IMG/VR virus record: IMGVR_UViG_3300021400_000034
Span: 179,337 to 243,336 of that record
Direction: 5' to 3' (one strand)
Length of the DNA: 64,000 nucleotides
From: a virus
Lineage: Duplodnaviria; Caudoviricetes
The translations under genes and the position numbers were made by a program. The notes beneath the pieces are model-generated. The model was not told the DNA's origin, did no database searches, and saw nothing but the letters and a program-made list of their open reading frames with translations. Of the stretch, positions 46,564 to 56,020 are shown piece by piece (position 1 is the first letter of the stretch; the number at the start of each line of letters is the position of its first letter).

Positions 46564-46785
46564 ATGGGAACCAGAGTAAGAAGACCTATGTGCCGTAAGC
46601 CGATTCCAGTAGCGAAGCATGCTCCTGTAGTCAAAGAAGAGCCTAAGAAGATTTCAGAGACGCCCAAGCCGGAACCAGCTCCAGAACCGGAGCCAGTAGC
46701 TGAAGAACCTAAGAATCCTATGGAACGCAGACTTCACGCTCGTCGCTGGAAGAGGATCGAAGATTCTACTGAATCGAATGACTAG
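46564..46785 (+). CDS. small Pro/Glu-rich protein
   Basis: AAGGAG SD. Confidence 0.7.
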   Translation: MGTRVRRPMCRKPIPVAKHAPVVKEEPKKISETPKPEPAPEPEPVAEEPKNPMERRLHARRWKRIEDSTESND

Positions 46786-47803
46786 AGTACAGTTCCTTGA
46801 AAGCCTGGAAGACTTTTGACTTGTTCTTGATGTCTTCGCAGTCGTCGATGTAGCGCTTTCCCAAGGATAGAATCGTTATCTTCGAGACGTCGATCTTCTC
46901 GGTCGGCGTCGTTTCGCGTCTGCGCTGGTAGATAGGATTGACAGGATATGCGGGTCCGTATGACTCGAGCTTCACAAGATAGTCGTTGACCTTGGTCATA
47001 TACTTCGAGTCTTCCCAAGAGATTTCCACGTCGATGATGTGTCCTTTGATGAACTCTTCTGGATTCTCGGGCATCTCGGGATATTTGAGCTTCTTGTACT
47101 CGATGCAGTGCTCGTTCTTCACGAACTCGAGCGCTTCCGTGTCTGTATCTAGGATGTAGAATCCCTTAGGCTCTATTTCAGATCGATTAAGCTGGTATGG
47201 AGAGCCCAAATAGGTCAATTTGCAGTCACCCTGTGTAGTTTCCGAGTGAATGTGATAATGACCCGTATAGATGTATTTCCAGTGATTAAACAGCTCAGCC
47301 TTGTCGAATCCTTGCTCGGCACGATTGTTGAAGATGTCCATCTTAGCGCCTAGCACATCCAAGTGTCCGAACATACGCTCGCAGTCCATCTTTTCTTCAA
47401 CTTCGTTGCGAAACTGCTCATAGTCCGTCACCCACGGAAGCAGAAGCGTATCGCCAATCATCTTAGGCTTGTCGATGATGTTCACGTTAGTGATGCGGTC
47501 CAATACGACCAACGAACTGACTTCCGTCGAAGACTTATAATAGAGGTCGTGATTTCCGAGAATGATGTACCAGATCACTTCGCCTTCGTGGCTCTTGAAG
47601 AACTCGACGACGCGATTGACGGTTAGAACGTTTACAGCGTGTCTCGTGTCGAACAAGTCACCGAGAACGAAGATCTTCTCGATGCCTCGATCTTTGCAGT
47701 TCTGTACAATCTGCTCCATGAATGCGAACTGAGAATCTTGAAACTTTCTGTCGTCCGAATGAGTTCCAAAGTGCAGATCAGAAACTAATGCTACCTTACC
47801 CAT
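46766..47803 (-). CDS. gp47: Mre11/SbcD-like recombination nuclease (T4 gp47)
   Basis: SDLHFG, LGDLFD, GNHD, GHL and GHYH..GSPYQ motifs. Confidence 0.93.
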   Translation of the reverse strand: MGKVALVSDLHFGTHSDDRKFQDSQFAFMEQIVQNCKDRGIEKIFVLGDLFDTRHAVNVLTVNRVVEFFKSHEGEVIWYIILGNHDLYYKSSTEVSSLVVLDRITNVNIIDKPKMIGDTLLLPWVTDYEQFRNEVEEKMDCERMFGHLDVLGAKMDIFNNRAEQGFDKAELFNHWKYIYTGHYHIHSETTQGDCKLTYLGSPYQLNRSEIEPKGFYILDTDTEALEFVKNEHCIEYKKLKYPEMPENPEEFIKGHIIDVEISWEDSKYMTKVNDYLVKLESYGPAYPVNPIYQRRRETTPTEKIDVSKITILSLGKRYIDDCEDIKNKSKVFQAFKELYSSHSIQ

Positions 47804-47805
47804 CT

Positions 47806-49563
47806 CTATCCTTTCAAAATCGTGCTGAAGCATCCTCTCTTCAGAACCCTCAGCGTCTCGAACTTGTACTGTATCTGGCTAAAATTTAAATCATTTAGCT
47901 TGTGAGAAATTAAGTACACGCCGAGATTTCCGTCTCCATGCAGCATTCCGATCAATTCCTTCAAGAAGTCCGTGATGCCTTCGCTGTCGATTCCTGTGTC
48001 GAAGATCTCGTCGATGAAGAGTATCGAGCTCGACCAGTTGGACAGCTGTTTTGCGATGTCGTAGAACGTGAGAAGCATAGCGACGTTGACGCGTGTCTTC
48101 TCTCCGTTCGATAGTCCGTTGTACTCCATCTCGAATGCTCCGCGAGTCAGCGTGTACTCCAGCATGTTGTCGAACGTGACCTCCACGTCCATGCCGAATT
48201 TCTTGATGTACTCGTTCACTTTCATGTTCAGAATCGGAACGATCTCGTCGAAGAAGTATCGCTTGATTCCGCTGTCAGACAGAATCGCTATCAGGTCGGT
48301 ATCTACCGCTACTCGATCTTCGATCTCGCTGATCTGCTTGTTCGCTTCGACTAGCTGTCCTTGATACTCGGCGAGCTTCTCTCGCTGCTCGGTAGCGTCA
48401 AATCCGTTCGTCTCTTTCTCTATCTCGGCAACCTGGGACTCGTCGTATGTTATCCCTCGGTCAAGCGCCTCTATCGCCGACTGCTCTTGGGTTATTCGGC
48501 TCTCGATCTTCTTACGAAAAGCGTCTTCTTTGCGCTTCTTGTCAAGCAGAGTATTGTCGCTCAGAATCTCGTCCTGCAGCGCTTTCCATTCGCCTTCGAG
48601 TCTATCGTACTCGGACTGCAGATCGGCTAAATACTTCTGCGAGTGAGATGAGCACAGGTCGGATCCGCACACTGGACAGACGGCTTCGTCTCTGTGCTCT
48701 AGGGATCCAGTGATCTGTCCGAGACGGTCGGACTTTCGAGTCGCCTCTATCTTCTTCTCCGCTATCCTGTCGTACAGCTCTCTCATCGTCGGACCTTCGT
48801 CTTTCAACTCTTCGAGCTTCTTGTTGCACTTCTCTATGTTCGACTCATGGTCCGTCTTCTCAGACTTCTGCTGCTCGATATGGTCGCGGACACGCTTGAT
48901 GCGGTCGGCTTTGTTCTCTTCGAAAGTGCGGCTCTTCTTGTCCAAGTCTGCGATGAGTTCGGTCGTGTTCTTGATACACTGCTCGATTCCGCTCTTCGAT
49001 CCAGCCATCGTTCTGATGGTGATGTTGTCGTTCGAGCGTCTCGTCTTTACTTCGTCGAGCATGTCCGCGATGTTGGTGAGTCCGAATATGGTCTCCAGGA
49101 GCTCCCGGCGGTCGGACAGACACATGTTAAAGAACGGGACGTTGGAGATTGCGCCGATGCACATCACGTTCTTGAAGAGAAGATACTTGACGCCGAGCAG
49201 CTTGTCGATCTCGAGCTGATTGAGCTTCTTAGAGCTCAGCGCCTCAACCTTCTCGCCGTTCTTCTTCAGCTCGAACTTCGCAGGACCGAGTCCTCGCATC
49301 ATTTCGTAGCTGTCTTTCCCTATGTCAAACTCGATCTGCACCTCCAAGTGCTTCTTGTTCACATAGTTTATGAGACTCTTCATTTTTATGTCACGATACG
49401 GCTTTCCGAACAGGACGAACGAGATCGCGTCAATGATGGTCGACTTTCCGGAGCCGTTTTGCGCATTGATGATGCAGAGCTTGTTGCTGAACTCTAGCTC
49501 GGTCCATCCGTTTCCGTATGACAGGAAGTTTTTGAACCTCAGCTTCTTGAACTTTACATACAT
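47806..49563 (-). CDS. gp46: Rad50/SbcC-like ATPase (T4 gp46)
   Basis: FKNFLSYGN, NGSGKST, CPVC hook, SNGEK and IDEIFD motifs. Confidence 0.95.
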   Translation of the reverse strand: MYVKFKKLRFKNFLSYGNGWTELEFSNKLCIINAQNGSGKSTIIDAISFVLFGKPYRDIKMKSLINYVNKKHLEVQIEFDIGKDSYEMMRGLGPAKFELKKNGEKVEALSSKKLNQLEIDKLLGVKYLLFKNVMCIGAISNVPFFNMCLSDRRELLETIFGLTNIADMLDEVKTRRSNDNITIRTMAGSKSGIEQCIKNTTELIADLDKKSRTFEENKADRIKRVRDHIEQQKSEKTDHESNIEKCNKKLEELKDEGPTMRELYDRIAEKKIEATRKSDRLGQITGSLEHRDEAVCPVCGSDLCSSHSQKYLADLQSEYDRLEGEWKALQDEILSDNTLLDKKRKEDAFRKKIESRITQEQSAIEALDRGITYDESQVAEIEKETNGFDATEQREKLAEYQGQLVEANKQISEIEDRVAVDTDLIAILSDSGIKRYFFDEIVPILNMKVNEYIKKFGMDVEVTFDNMLEYTLTRGAFEMEYNGLSNGEKTRVNVAMLLTFYDIAKQLSNWSSSILFIDEIFDTGIDSEGITDFLKELIGMLHGDGNLGVYLISHKLNDLNFSQIQYKFETLRVLKRGCFSTILKG

Positions 49564-49615
49564 ATCAAGGTTAAATATAGCAAAATGGCGCTTCGTGAGA
49601 TTTCGAGCGAAAGAG

Positions 49616-49644
49616 TTTACGAATTTCGCCGATTTTCTTATATT
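49616..49644 (+). promoter_or_regulatory. early-type promoter TTTACG-N17-TATATT
   Basis: Motif match. Confidence 0.75.
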
Positions 49645-49675
49645 TAACATGTATAACTCAACAAGCGAGGGTATC

Positions 49676-49825
49676 ATGAACCTCAAAACTAAAAAACCGC
49701 TTTTAGAGCGCATAAGAGAGCAAGAAAGGCCGAAAGCTGCGCACAGGCTCGACGAAAAGCGCATCGACGAGGGCACGTTCACTCGTAGAGATTTCTTCAA
49801 CTGGATCGACAGGCCGGAGGCATAA
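49676..49825 (+). CDS. small early hypothetical protein, 49 aa (MNLKTKKPLL...)
   Basis: GAGG SD after early promoter; coupled to next gene. Confidence 0.65.
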   Translation: MNLKTKKPLLERIREQERPKAAHRLDEKRIDEGTFTRRDFFNWIDRPEA

Positions 49826-50160
49826 TGGCAGAGCTGGAAGTCGGATATAGAATCGCAAAAGAAGGCGAATATCCTAAATTTTATCTAGCAGAAGATGTTG
49901 AAAAACTTCTCGCCGAGAAAAATAAAGAGATAGAGGATCTGAAAGCAGGACACTACGCAGAGTCGTGCAAGGACGGCGCTGAGATCCACCGTCTGCACCG
50001 CTGTGTGATTCGAATGACGAAGCAGTGGCTGAGCGCGATCGAGGACATGTATAGCAGACTCGACGATGTGCACGGATTGGACGATGACGATGTTGAAGAC
50101 TGGGATAAAGTGTCAGAACTTCACGACAATCTCAACAAAGTATTGGAGAAGTGGAAATGA
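49825..50160 (+). CDS. hypothetical protein, 111 aa
   Basis: GGAGG SD; TAATG coupling. Confidence 0.75.
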   Translation: MAELEVGYRIAKEGEYPKFYLAEDVEKLLAEKNKEIEDLKAGHYAESCKDGAEIHRLHRCVIRMTKQWLSAIEDMYSRLDDVHGLDDDDVEDWDKVSELHDNLNKVLEKWK

Positions 50161-50297
50161 GTTTCTTTGTCGCTATATTTCGATTCATTCTAGCTACTCT
50201 AGGTATGTTCATCCAAGCGATTGGAGATTTGATAAACTGGATGCTAGACGTAATAGAGTCTGGATTAGACTGGTGCGACGAGCACACGGAGATGTGA
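50157..50297 (+). CDS. small hydrophobic protein, 46 aa (MSFFVAIFRFILATLGMFIQAIG...)
   Basis: Not in ORF track; ATGA coupling; fills the gap before uvsY. Confidence 0.6.
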   Translation: MSFFVAIFRFILATLGMFIQAIGDLINWMLDVIESGLDWCDEHTEM

Positions 50298-50300
50298 TAT

Positions 50301-50711
50301 ATGCTGAGAGAAGATTTCTTGAAGTTTCAAGAGATGGCGCTGGAAGATACAGCGATGCCAGAGAACCCTGACGACATTCTAGAGAAGAACATGCAGATTC
50401 CTGGCATGAAGCAGAAGTACATCGACGCATACCGCAAGCAGGTCGCCGTCGTCGCTACTCTGGAAGTGAAGCTCGAAGAGGCTACCGCTCGAACGAAGAA
50501 CAAGCTCAAGGAAGGCGGAATGGCTTACACGGCCAAAGAAGCTACAGAGCAGACTGCGCTAGATGACGAAGTTGCGAAGATCAATCGAGCTCTGATAGAG
50601 CAGCGCTACTACATGGGCTGGCTCGAAGACACGGCAGCCAACATCACTTCGCTCTCTTTCACTATCAAGAACTGGCTGAAGTGGAAAGAGATCATATCCA
50701 CCAACTTCTAA
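50301..50711 (+). CDS. uvsY: recombination mediator UvsY-like
   Basis: 136-aa helical protein with IP...KY and SFTIKNWLKW C-terminal motif. Confidence 0.75.
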   Translation: MLREDFLKFQEMALEDTAMPENPDDILEKNMQIPGMKQKYIDAYRKQVAVVATLEVKLEEATARTKNKLKEGGMAYTAKEATEQTALDDEVAKINRALIEQRYYMGWLEDTAANITSLSFTIKNWLKWKEIISTNF

Positions 50712-50721
50712 GGAGGACCAG

Positions 50722-51291
50722 ATGGAGTACGACTACAATCAGTACGTGTGGCACGCTATCCAGCGCACTAAGGAACACGATCCCGAGTACTTCAAGAAGT
50801 GCATCGAACAGCGGCTCTGCGACGGAAAAGGCAGCGTGACCGACTATGTCCACGCAGAAGATCTCGAACGTGCTCTGATGCACGTATCTTGGTACAAGTA
50901 TGACCATCCCGCAGTAGCGCCTGGATGTCGAGCATTCAAGACTGGAGCTATTCGTGGTTGGCTCGGAATGGCTCCTCTGAAAGAGATTGATCAAAATCTC
51001 ACGTGCACGATGATGGACGTGAAGGGAACTGGAACTCTGTCTCTCGTTCTCACCGATCCTCTAGCATTTATCAAGCGCTGGTTCGTAGACTACACAGTCA
51101 TTATCATCGGAGATGACGGCTATGGCGCTTGCATGTTCACTTTCCATCCTGGAGATCCTCTACCTCCGAGCACTCTATCTTCTGACGGAAGCAACGAGCT
51201 AGGACTAAAAGAAGGCGACAGGCTAACTGTCGGAAAGGCGCTTGAGCTAGGCTTCGTTCACGCAAAGCTTCAAGGAGCAAACGATGAGTAG
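50722..51291 (+). CDS. conserved phage hypothetical protein (FTFHPGDP motif)
   Basis: AGGAGG SD. Confidence 0.75.
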   Translation: MEYDYNQYVWHAIQRTKEHDPEYFKKCIEQRLCDGKGSVTDYVHAEDLERALMHVSWYKYDHPAVAPGCRAFKTGAIRGWLGMAPLKEIDQNLTCTMMDVKGTGTLSLVLTDPLAFIKRWFVDYTVIIIGDDGYGACMFTFHPGDPLPPSTLSSDGSNELGLKEGDRLTVGKALELGFVHAKLQGANDE

Positions 51292-51520
51292 ACAACTGAC
51301 TATACAGGAAGAAGTGTTTTGCGATATATGCGGAAAACGGATCTACGGAAACAGTAAGCTCTGCAGATCGGGGCGCTTGTACCTGCAAGACTGCAAACAA
51401 CTGAACTACACTATCGACATCAAGATGAACACGTTCGACGGATTTGACTGCATGGAGCACGTCTGCAAAGACTGCCTGAAGGACTTCCTTGAGCGGTTCA
51501 TCAGCAATCTGAGAGACTAA
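51284..51520 (+). CDS. small Zn-finger protein (CDIC...CKDC)
   Basis: Two CxxC pairs; AAGGAG SD. Confidence 0.7.
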   Translation: MSRQLTIQEEVFCDICGKRIYGNSKLCRSGRLYLQDCKQLNYTIDIKMNTFDGFDCMEHVCKDCLKDFLERFISNLRD

Positions 51521-52329
51521 GCCTTCACGTTCGTGTTTCCGCCGTTAGTCGGAGCTCCAGTGACGAAACAGACTGGATGAGCGCATACTAGCGTCTTCAT
51601 CGAATTTCTTCCAAGATTCACGTCGCCGAGCACAGAGTCTATGTAGACGCTCTGCTTGGCGTTTATCGTGACATCGTCGTTAGCCTCTAGATTGAACTTG
51701 CCTTCGATCTTCACGTCCATCTTAGCCGGCACTGGCTGAGAGAACTTCTTCGACATGCTCTGCTCGATGAGAATGCTGCCGTTAGAGTCGATCTGGACCT
51801 TCAGACCTGAGCGGTGCGAGATCTTCATTGTGCCGTTCTTGCGGTTCAGGGTGACGCCTTCGCCCTCGTCCGTCTTCATTAGGACCATCGTGTTCGGATA
51901 GTCGCTCAGGATAGCGTCGTCTAGAATCGTGTCGCCGGGACTAGCCATTCCCGTGAAAGCTTCAGCTGCTGCAACGAGCGGATTTCTCGCAGTGATTATG
52001 CCGTCATAGATAGGCTTGTACGGGTCACCGTTCTCGAAGTAGCCGCGAATGATCGTGTCTATCGGAGGAACGACTAAGTTAGCCGTTCCCGCTCCTAGAT
52101 AGCCGTTCTCCGGCAGAGCCCACGACAGATAGTCCTTGTTGTCATCGTTGATTCCGAAGATCTGAACCTGAACACGTCCCATGCGCAGAGGGTCATCTAC
52201 GTTCGTAACCTTTCCAGTCCAGCGCTCGTTGAACTTCTTCGGCTCAGGATCGAGAGTGTTGTTTCCTAGCGCTACGTCATCTTCGAGGTTGCCGAAGCGC
52301 TGCATAAGCTTCTCTATATCTTCGCTCAT
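51517..52329 (-). CDS. gp5: baseplate hub/spike protein (gp5 OB-fold; no lysozyme domain)
   Basis: GKVTNVDDPLRMGRVQV..G, WALP, FENGD..P and HRSG motifs; Cys/His tip. Confidence 0.85.
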   Translation of the reverse strand: MSEDIEKLMQRFGNLEDDVALGNNTLDPEPKKFNERWTGKVTNVDDPLRMGRVQVQIFGINDDNKDYLSWALPENGYLGAGTANLVVPPIDTIIRGYFENGDPYKPIYDGIITARNPLVAAAEAFTGMASPGDTILDDAILSDYPNTMVLMKTDEGEGVTLNRKNGTMKISHRSGLKVQIDSNGSILIEQSMSKKFSQPVPAKMDVKIEGKFNLEANDDVTINAKQSVYIDSVLGDVNLGRNSMKTLVCAHPVCFVTGAPTNGGNTNVKA

Positions 52330-53192
52330 CTTCTAACTCCAGGATTGTTCTTCTTCTGGTTCAGGCTCTCTGCCTCTTTCTCAGCTAGCTCGTTGACGAC
52401 CGAGATCGTCATCTCGACTTCGTTGTACGGCATGTCGTCGTCCAAGTCGACTCCGCAGTACTTCGACACTTGCACTCGATTTCGGATCATCGTAGACATG
52501 TGGATGCGGTTGAACAAGGCGCTGTCTGCTAGATCTATTCCGACACGCAGATCACTGAAGCACTTGCTGCACTTCAAGTCTGCATATCCGAGAATTCCAC
52601 ACTTGGCTCTCTCAGCGAGATGAAGAAGCTTGCTGAACTCGTCCGCTGGAAGATTCAAGATGAAGTCTTTGAGATTCTCCGATTTGATCTTCTTGTCGAT
52701 GTCAGTGAAAGCTAAGATGAGGTCTACGTCTGGATCTCCGGTCTTGTAGACCGGATCCGTTATCTTCTTTAGTGCGCTGTGAACGACTTTGCAACCGCCG
52801 TCAATCGTGACTGATCCGCTGACTGAATCTTCCATCTTTCGTACGGCTAGATCGCCAGGCTTCAGCGTCTTCACGACTTTGGCTTCGCAGTAAGGACACT
52901 TGAACTCTGTCTGATAAGAGTTCGACAGCATGAACGTGTTGCTTCTCAAGTAGAAGATGAGAGTCAAGCGGTCTATCTCTAGAATATCCTCGAAACGGAG
53001 ATCTGTGAGTCTGAGACATCTTCGCAGAATGTCGTCGACTATCTCACGAGCGTTGCTCTCGGTCATCGCTGCCATGTACTTCAGATCTCGGATCGTCAAG
53101 CATCGGAACTCTATCTTCGTGTCTTTCGAGTACTTCGTCCCTCTGCTCGGCAGCTTATCTAACGGTATCTTCCAATAGTTCACTTCAGACAT
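52326..53192 (-). CDS. baseplate hub assembly protein (gp26/gp51-like)
   Basis: LPSRG, DR..LIFYLR, CPYC and CSKC motifs. Confidence 0.75.
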   Translation of the reverse strand: MSEVNYWKIPLDKLPSRGTKYSKDTKIEFRCLTIRDLKYMAAMTESNAREIVDDILRRCLRLTDLRFEDILEIDRLTLIFYLRSNTFMLSNSYQTEFKCPYCEAKVVKTLKPGDLAVRKMEDSVSGSVTIDGGCKVVHSALKKITDPVYKTGDPDVDLILAFTDIDKKIKSENLKDFILNLPADEFSKLLHLAERAKCGILGYADLKCSKCFSDLRVGIDLADSALFNRIHMSTMIRNRVQVSKYCGVDLDDDMPYNEVEMTISVVNELAEKEAESLNQKKNNPGVRR

Positions 53193-53204
53193 AGTTTTTA
53201 CCCT

Positions 53205-53219
53205 GTATATAATATATAC
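53205..53219. promoter_or_regulatory. 15-bp palindrome gtatata-a-tatatac between divergent late genes
   Basis: Perfect 7-bp arms in a 43-bp intergenic gap. Confidence 0.55.
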
Positions 53220-53235
53220 TATAGGAGAATTGCAA

Positions 53236-54528
53236 ATGTCAGAGAGCAACTGGAAGAGTCCCGGATATAACCCAGAGCATCACGGATGGTGGAAAGCTAC
53301 GCTAGACGATCGCGCTGATCTCGGCTATCCCGTAGGCTACTACTACGCGGACACTGTTCGCGCAATCATGATCGCGTTCACTAACTTCTTCAACGACATG
53401 TACGTCGTCAGATACGACGAGAACGGATTTCCGAGAAAGAGAATTCAAGTCCCGATCAAGTTCGGTCCGAGAGCTAAGTCTCACGACTACAGAAAGGAAG
53501 AAGAGTCTGGACAGACATACTACATTCCGCTGCCGAACATGTACTACAAGATCACTTCGTTCCAGTACGACGCCCAACGAGCTTCGTCATCGAACGAGAT
53601 CAGAACATTCTACGACACGTACATGATGAATCAAGGAATAGAGGAGAATGAAGTTCAGCTTCTCTGGCAGGACACTCAGCCCGTTCCTTACAACATCGGC
53701 ATAGAGCTCACGGCTAAGGCAGACAAGTTCGCAGACATTCTGCAGATCGTAGAGCAGATCACTTCTAGATTCAATCCAGACGCTTTCATATTCATAAAAG
53801 AGTTCTGGTTCATGAACATACGTCGAGACATCAAGATGAAGCTAGACTCAGTCTCGATCGACTACCAGGACGAGTTCGGCGAGCAAGACAAGCGAGAGCT
53901 AGAAGCGAAGTTCACCTTCACGATCGAAGGCCAGGTATACACGAAGATCGAGCACGGCGCTATCATCGACCAGATCATCATGAAGCTCAACCCGTCTATC
54001 GCAGTCTACAGCGACGTCGTCTCTGACCAGTACCTCAGAGGAGACAGCGCTAGACCAGAGTTCTTCGTCGACAATATCGGCTACAACTGGTTCGTGGACA
54101 ACAAGGTCATCGTCAAGGACGGAGATCGCAGCTTCTGGGAAGAGTATCACGACAAGCTCAACCTGCCAGACGAGAAGTACGACTACTACAAGGACGTCGG
54201 AATCTATGTCCCGTCTGTCGAGTACCAAGATGCTTTCGAGATGACCGACTCGGCGAACGGAATCTGGAAGCTCACGTCGGCCTACACTCAAGAGATCGTC
54301 GACAAGTACAACTCGATCATCTCCGTCTCGGGAAACTATGCTCCAGAGCCAGGAACATACGACGAGCAGACACGCTCTTGGCAGGGCAGCTTGACCGACA
54401 GGTACAACTTCAAGGAGCTCGGCGAGGACGATTTCACCATGTCTGGGCGCAAAGACTACCTGAACAGCGACCACGACAAGGTCGATACGATGTGGGTTCA
54501 GAACCATGAGACTGATATCCGTCCATAA
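53236..54528 (+). CDS. gp15: tail terminator/sheath stabilizer (T4 gp15-like) with C-terminal extension
   Basis: AFTNFFND, VPIKFGPR, LP.M, PVPYNI and QIVEQI..F.P motifs. Confidence 0.9.
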   Translation: MSESNWKSPGYNPEHHGWWKATLDDRADLGYPVGYYYADTVRAIMIAFTNFFNDMYVVRYDENGFPRKRIQVPIKFGPRAKSHDYRKEEESGQTYYIPLPNMYYKITSFQYDAQRASSSNEIRTFYDTYMMNQGIEENEVQLLWQDTQPVPYNIGIELTAKADKFADILQIVEQITSRFNPDAFIFIKEFWFMNIRRDIKMKLDSVSIDYQDEFGEQDKRELEAKFTFTIEGQVYTKIEHGAIIDQIIMKLNPSIAVYSDVVSDQYLRGDSARPEFFVDNIGYNWFVDNKVIVKDGDRSFWEEYHDKLNLPDEKYDYYKDVGIYVPSVEYQDAFEMTDSANGIWKLTSAYTQEIVDKYNSIISVSGNYAPEPGTYDEQTRSWQGSLTDRYNFKELGEDDFTMSGRKDYLNSDHDKVDTMWVQNHETDIRP

Positions 54529-54543
54529 TGACGCATTTGAAGA

Positions 54544-54610
54544 CGTTTTAAAGCGCTTTAACGATTTCCCGTGTAGACCCATTGGGTAAACCGTTTAGGG
54601 CTTTAAAACG
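54544..54610. repeat. long imperfect inverted repeat upstream of a late box
   Basis: cgttttaaagc (54544-54554) / gctttaaaacg (54600-54610) with further inner pairing. Confidence 0.7.
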
Positions 54611-54644
54611 GCGTATAAATACAATAAATCGAGTGGTATAGACG

Positions 54645-56018
54645 ATGGATGATGTTGAAAGAAGACTAAGAGAGCTGAGGTCTGAGGTCCAGAACCTCAA
54701 CGACAACATCTTGTTTGCAGCTGCTGACCTGAAGTCTGCGGTGCTCAGATCGTCATCAGACAACTCTACTGACTTCTTGATCCGCAGCATCTCAGCGACG
54801 ACTCACAGCATCCGACAAGACGTGTTCATGCTGAGCATCGACTTGAAGGGCTACTTCAACAACGTTCACGACGACCTCGTCGCTATCGCTAACCGTTCAG
54901 AGACTAGCGCTGATCTGATCAAGTCTACGATCGCTGAGTCGAATCTCCGGATAGAAGACAGCATCTCAGATCTGTCTCCAGCCGACCTCATAAAGAGCGT
55001 AACTCCGACAGAGCAGAATGTCAGTCCGATCGCTGGAATGGCTGGAAACGTAATTCCGCCGTCTCTGATAAAGAAAGTAGAGCTGGTTCTAGACGCTGCC
55101 GCGATATTCTTGAAGGCCTGGGCTAACCCAGTCAACGTCGGAATCGCTCTCGCTATTCCTATCGTAGCGGGTGTCGGAATTCTGGTCTTCGGCGTCGTTA
55201 AGGCCATCGAGGCTCTCGCTGAGCCGTTGAAGAACATCACTGCTCCACTAGCCGGAATGGGAAAAGCTATCGGAAGCATCGGAAGCAAGCCAGACGTTCG
55301 TGTAGAGCATGGCGCAGAGATCGCACAGTCTATCGATCAAGCTGCCGTCATGCTGTCTCCAGCTCTGTTCTCGATGGACGACTCTCTGACTGCGATCAAC
55401 ACGAACCTAGGTCTAGTTCTCCAGGAAGTCAGGAAAGGTCCAGAAGTTCAGCAAGCGGCCGTCGTAGACTTCACGCCTCTGATAAACTCTATCGATTCTG
55501 CAGTCGACCGATTCTTGTTCGCGCTTCCTAGCCAAGAGCCAGCCAAGGATCAGACGAAGAACGCTACTACTAGAATGACAGCCTTCGAGACTGAAGTTCT
55601 GAATCTCTTGAGCAGCCCGATCCAAGTCTCTGTGCAGAACGCAGCTCCTAAGAATCCAGAAGAAGACTCTCGAGTCTTCGCCGACGCAGTGACTCCGCTC
55701 GTAAGCGGACAGAACGCTATGTACAAGATGCTCGACAGCAACATGAGAAAGCTGACAGCAGAGCTGCAGAGCTTGAGAGAAGCTCCGAAGGCTACCGACA
55801 TGTACAGGATGTCGAAGATAAACGACACTCTTAACACTACGCTGAGCGACACGACAGAGACTCTCATTCTTCAAGAGTCTCAAGCGATCCGCGAAGTCGT
55901 CACTAGGTTCAGAGAAGAGTTCATCGACTTCAAGACAGTGTGGCTGACTAATCTGAACGGCGGCGAGAAGAAAAACAAGTACAGCAACGAAGGTCCGACT
56001 AACAAGAGTGGAAACTAA
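54645..56018 (+). CDS. putative tape-measure/hub protein (gp29-like)
   Basis: Helical, one hydrophobic segment (VGIALAIPIVAGVGILVFGVV); late box at 54614-54621; T4-like 29-48-54 order. Confidence 0.45.
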   Translation: MDDVERRLRELRSEVQNLNDNILFAAADLKSAVLRSSSDNSTDFLIRSISATTHSIRQDVFMLSIDLKGYFNNVHDDLVAIANRSETSADLIKSTIAESNLRIEDSISDLSPADLIKSVTPTEQNVSPIAGMAGNVIPPSLIKKVELVLDAAAIFLKAWANPVNVGIALAIPIVAGVGILVFGVVKAIEALAEPLKNITAPLAGMGKAIGSIGSKPDVRVEHGAEIAQSIDQAAVMLSPALFSMDDSLTAINTNLGLVLQEVRKGPEVQQAAVVDFTPLINSIDSAVDRFLFALPSQEPAKDQTKNATTRMTAFETEVLNLLSSPIQVSVQNAAPKNPEEDSRVFADAVTPLVSGQNAMYKMLDSNMRKLTAELQSLREAPKATDMYRMSKINDTLNTTLSDTTETLILQESQAIREVVTRFREEFIDFKTVWLTNLNGGEKKNKYSNEGPTNKSGN

Positions 56019-56020
56019 CG

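Noticed and set aside
47806-49800. Extended ORF-track starts (gp46 at 49800; also 9301, 25430, 37983, 42744, 47833, 53249)
   Set aside because: Extensions overlap promoters or other genes; conserved motifs and SDs support the downstream starts used here
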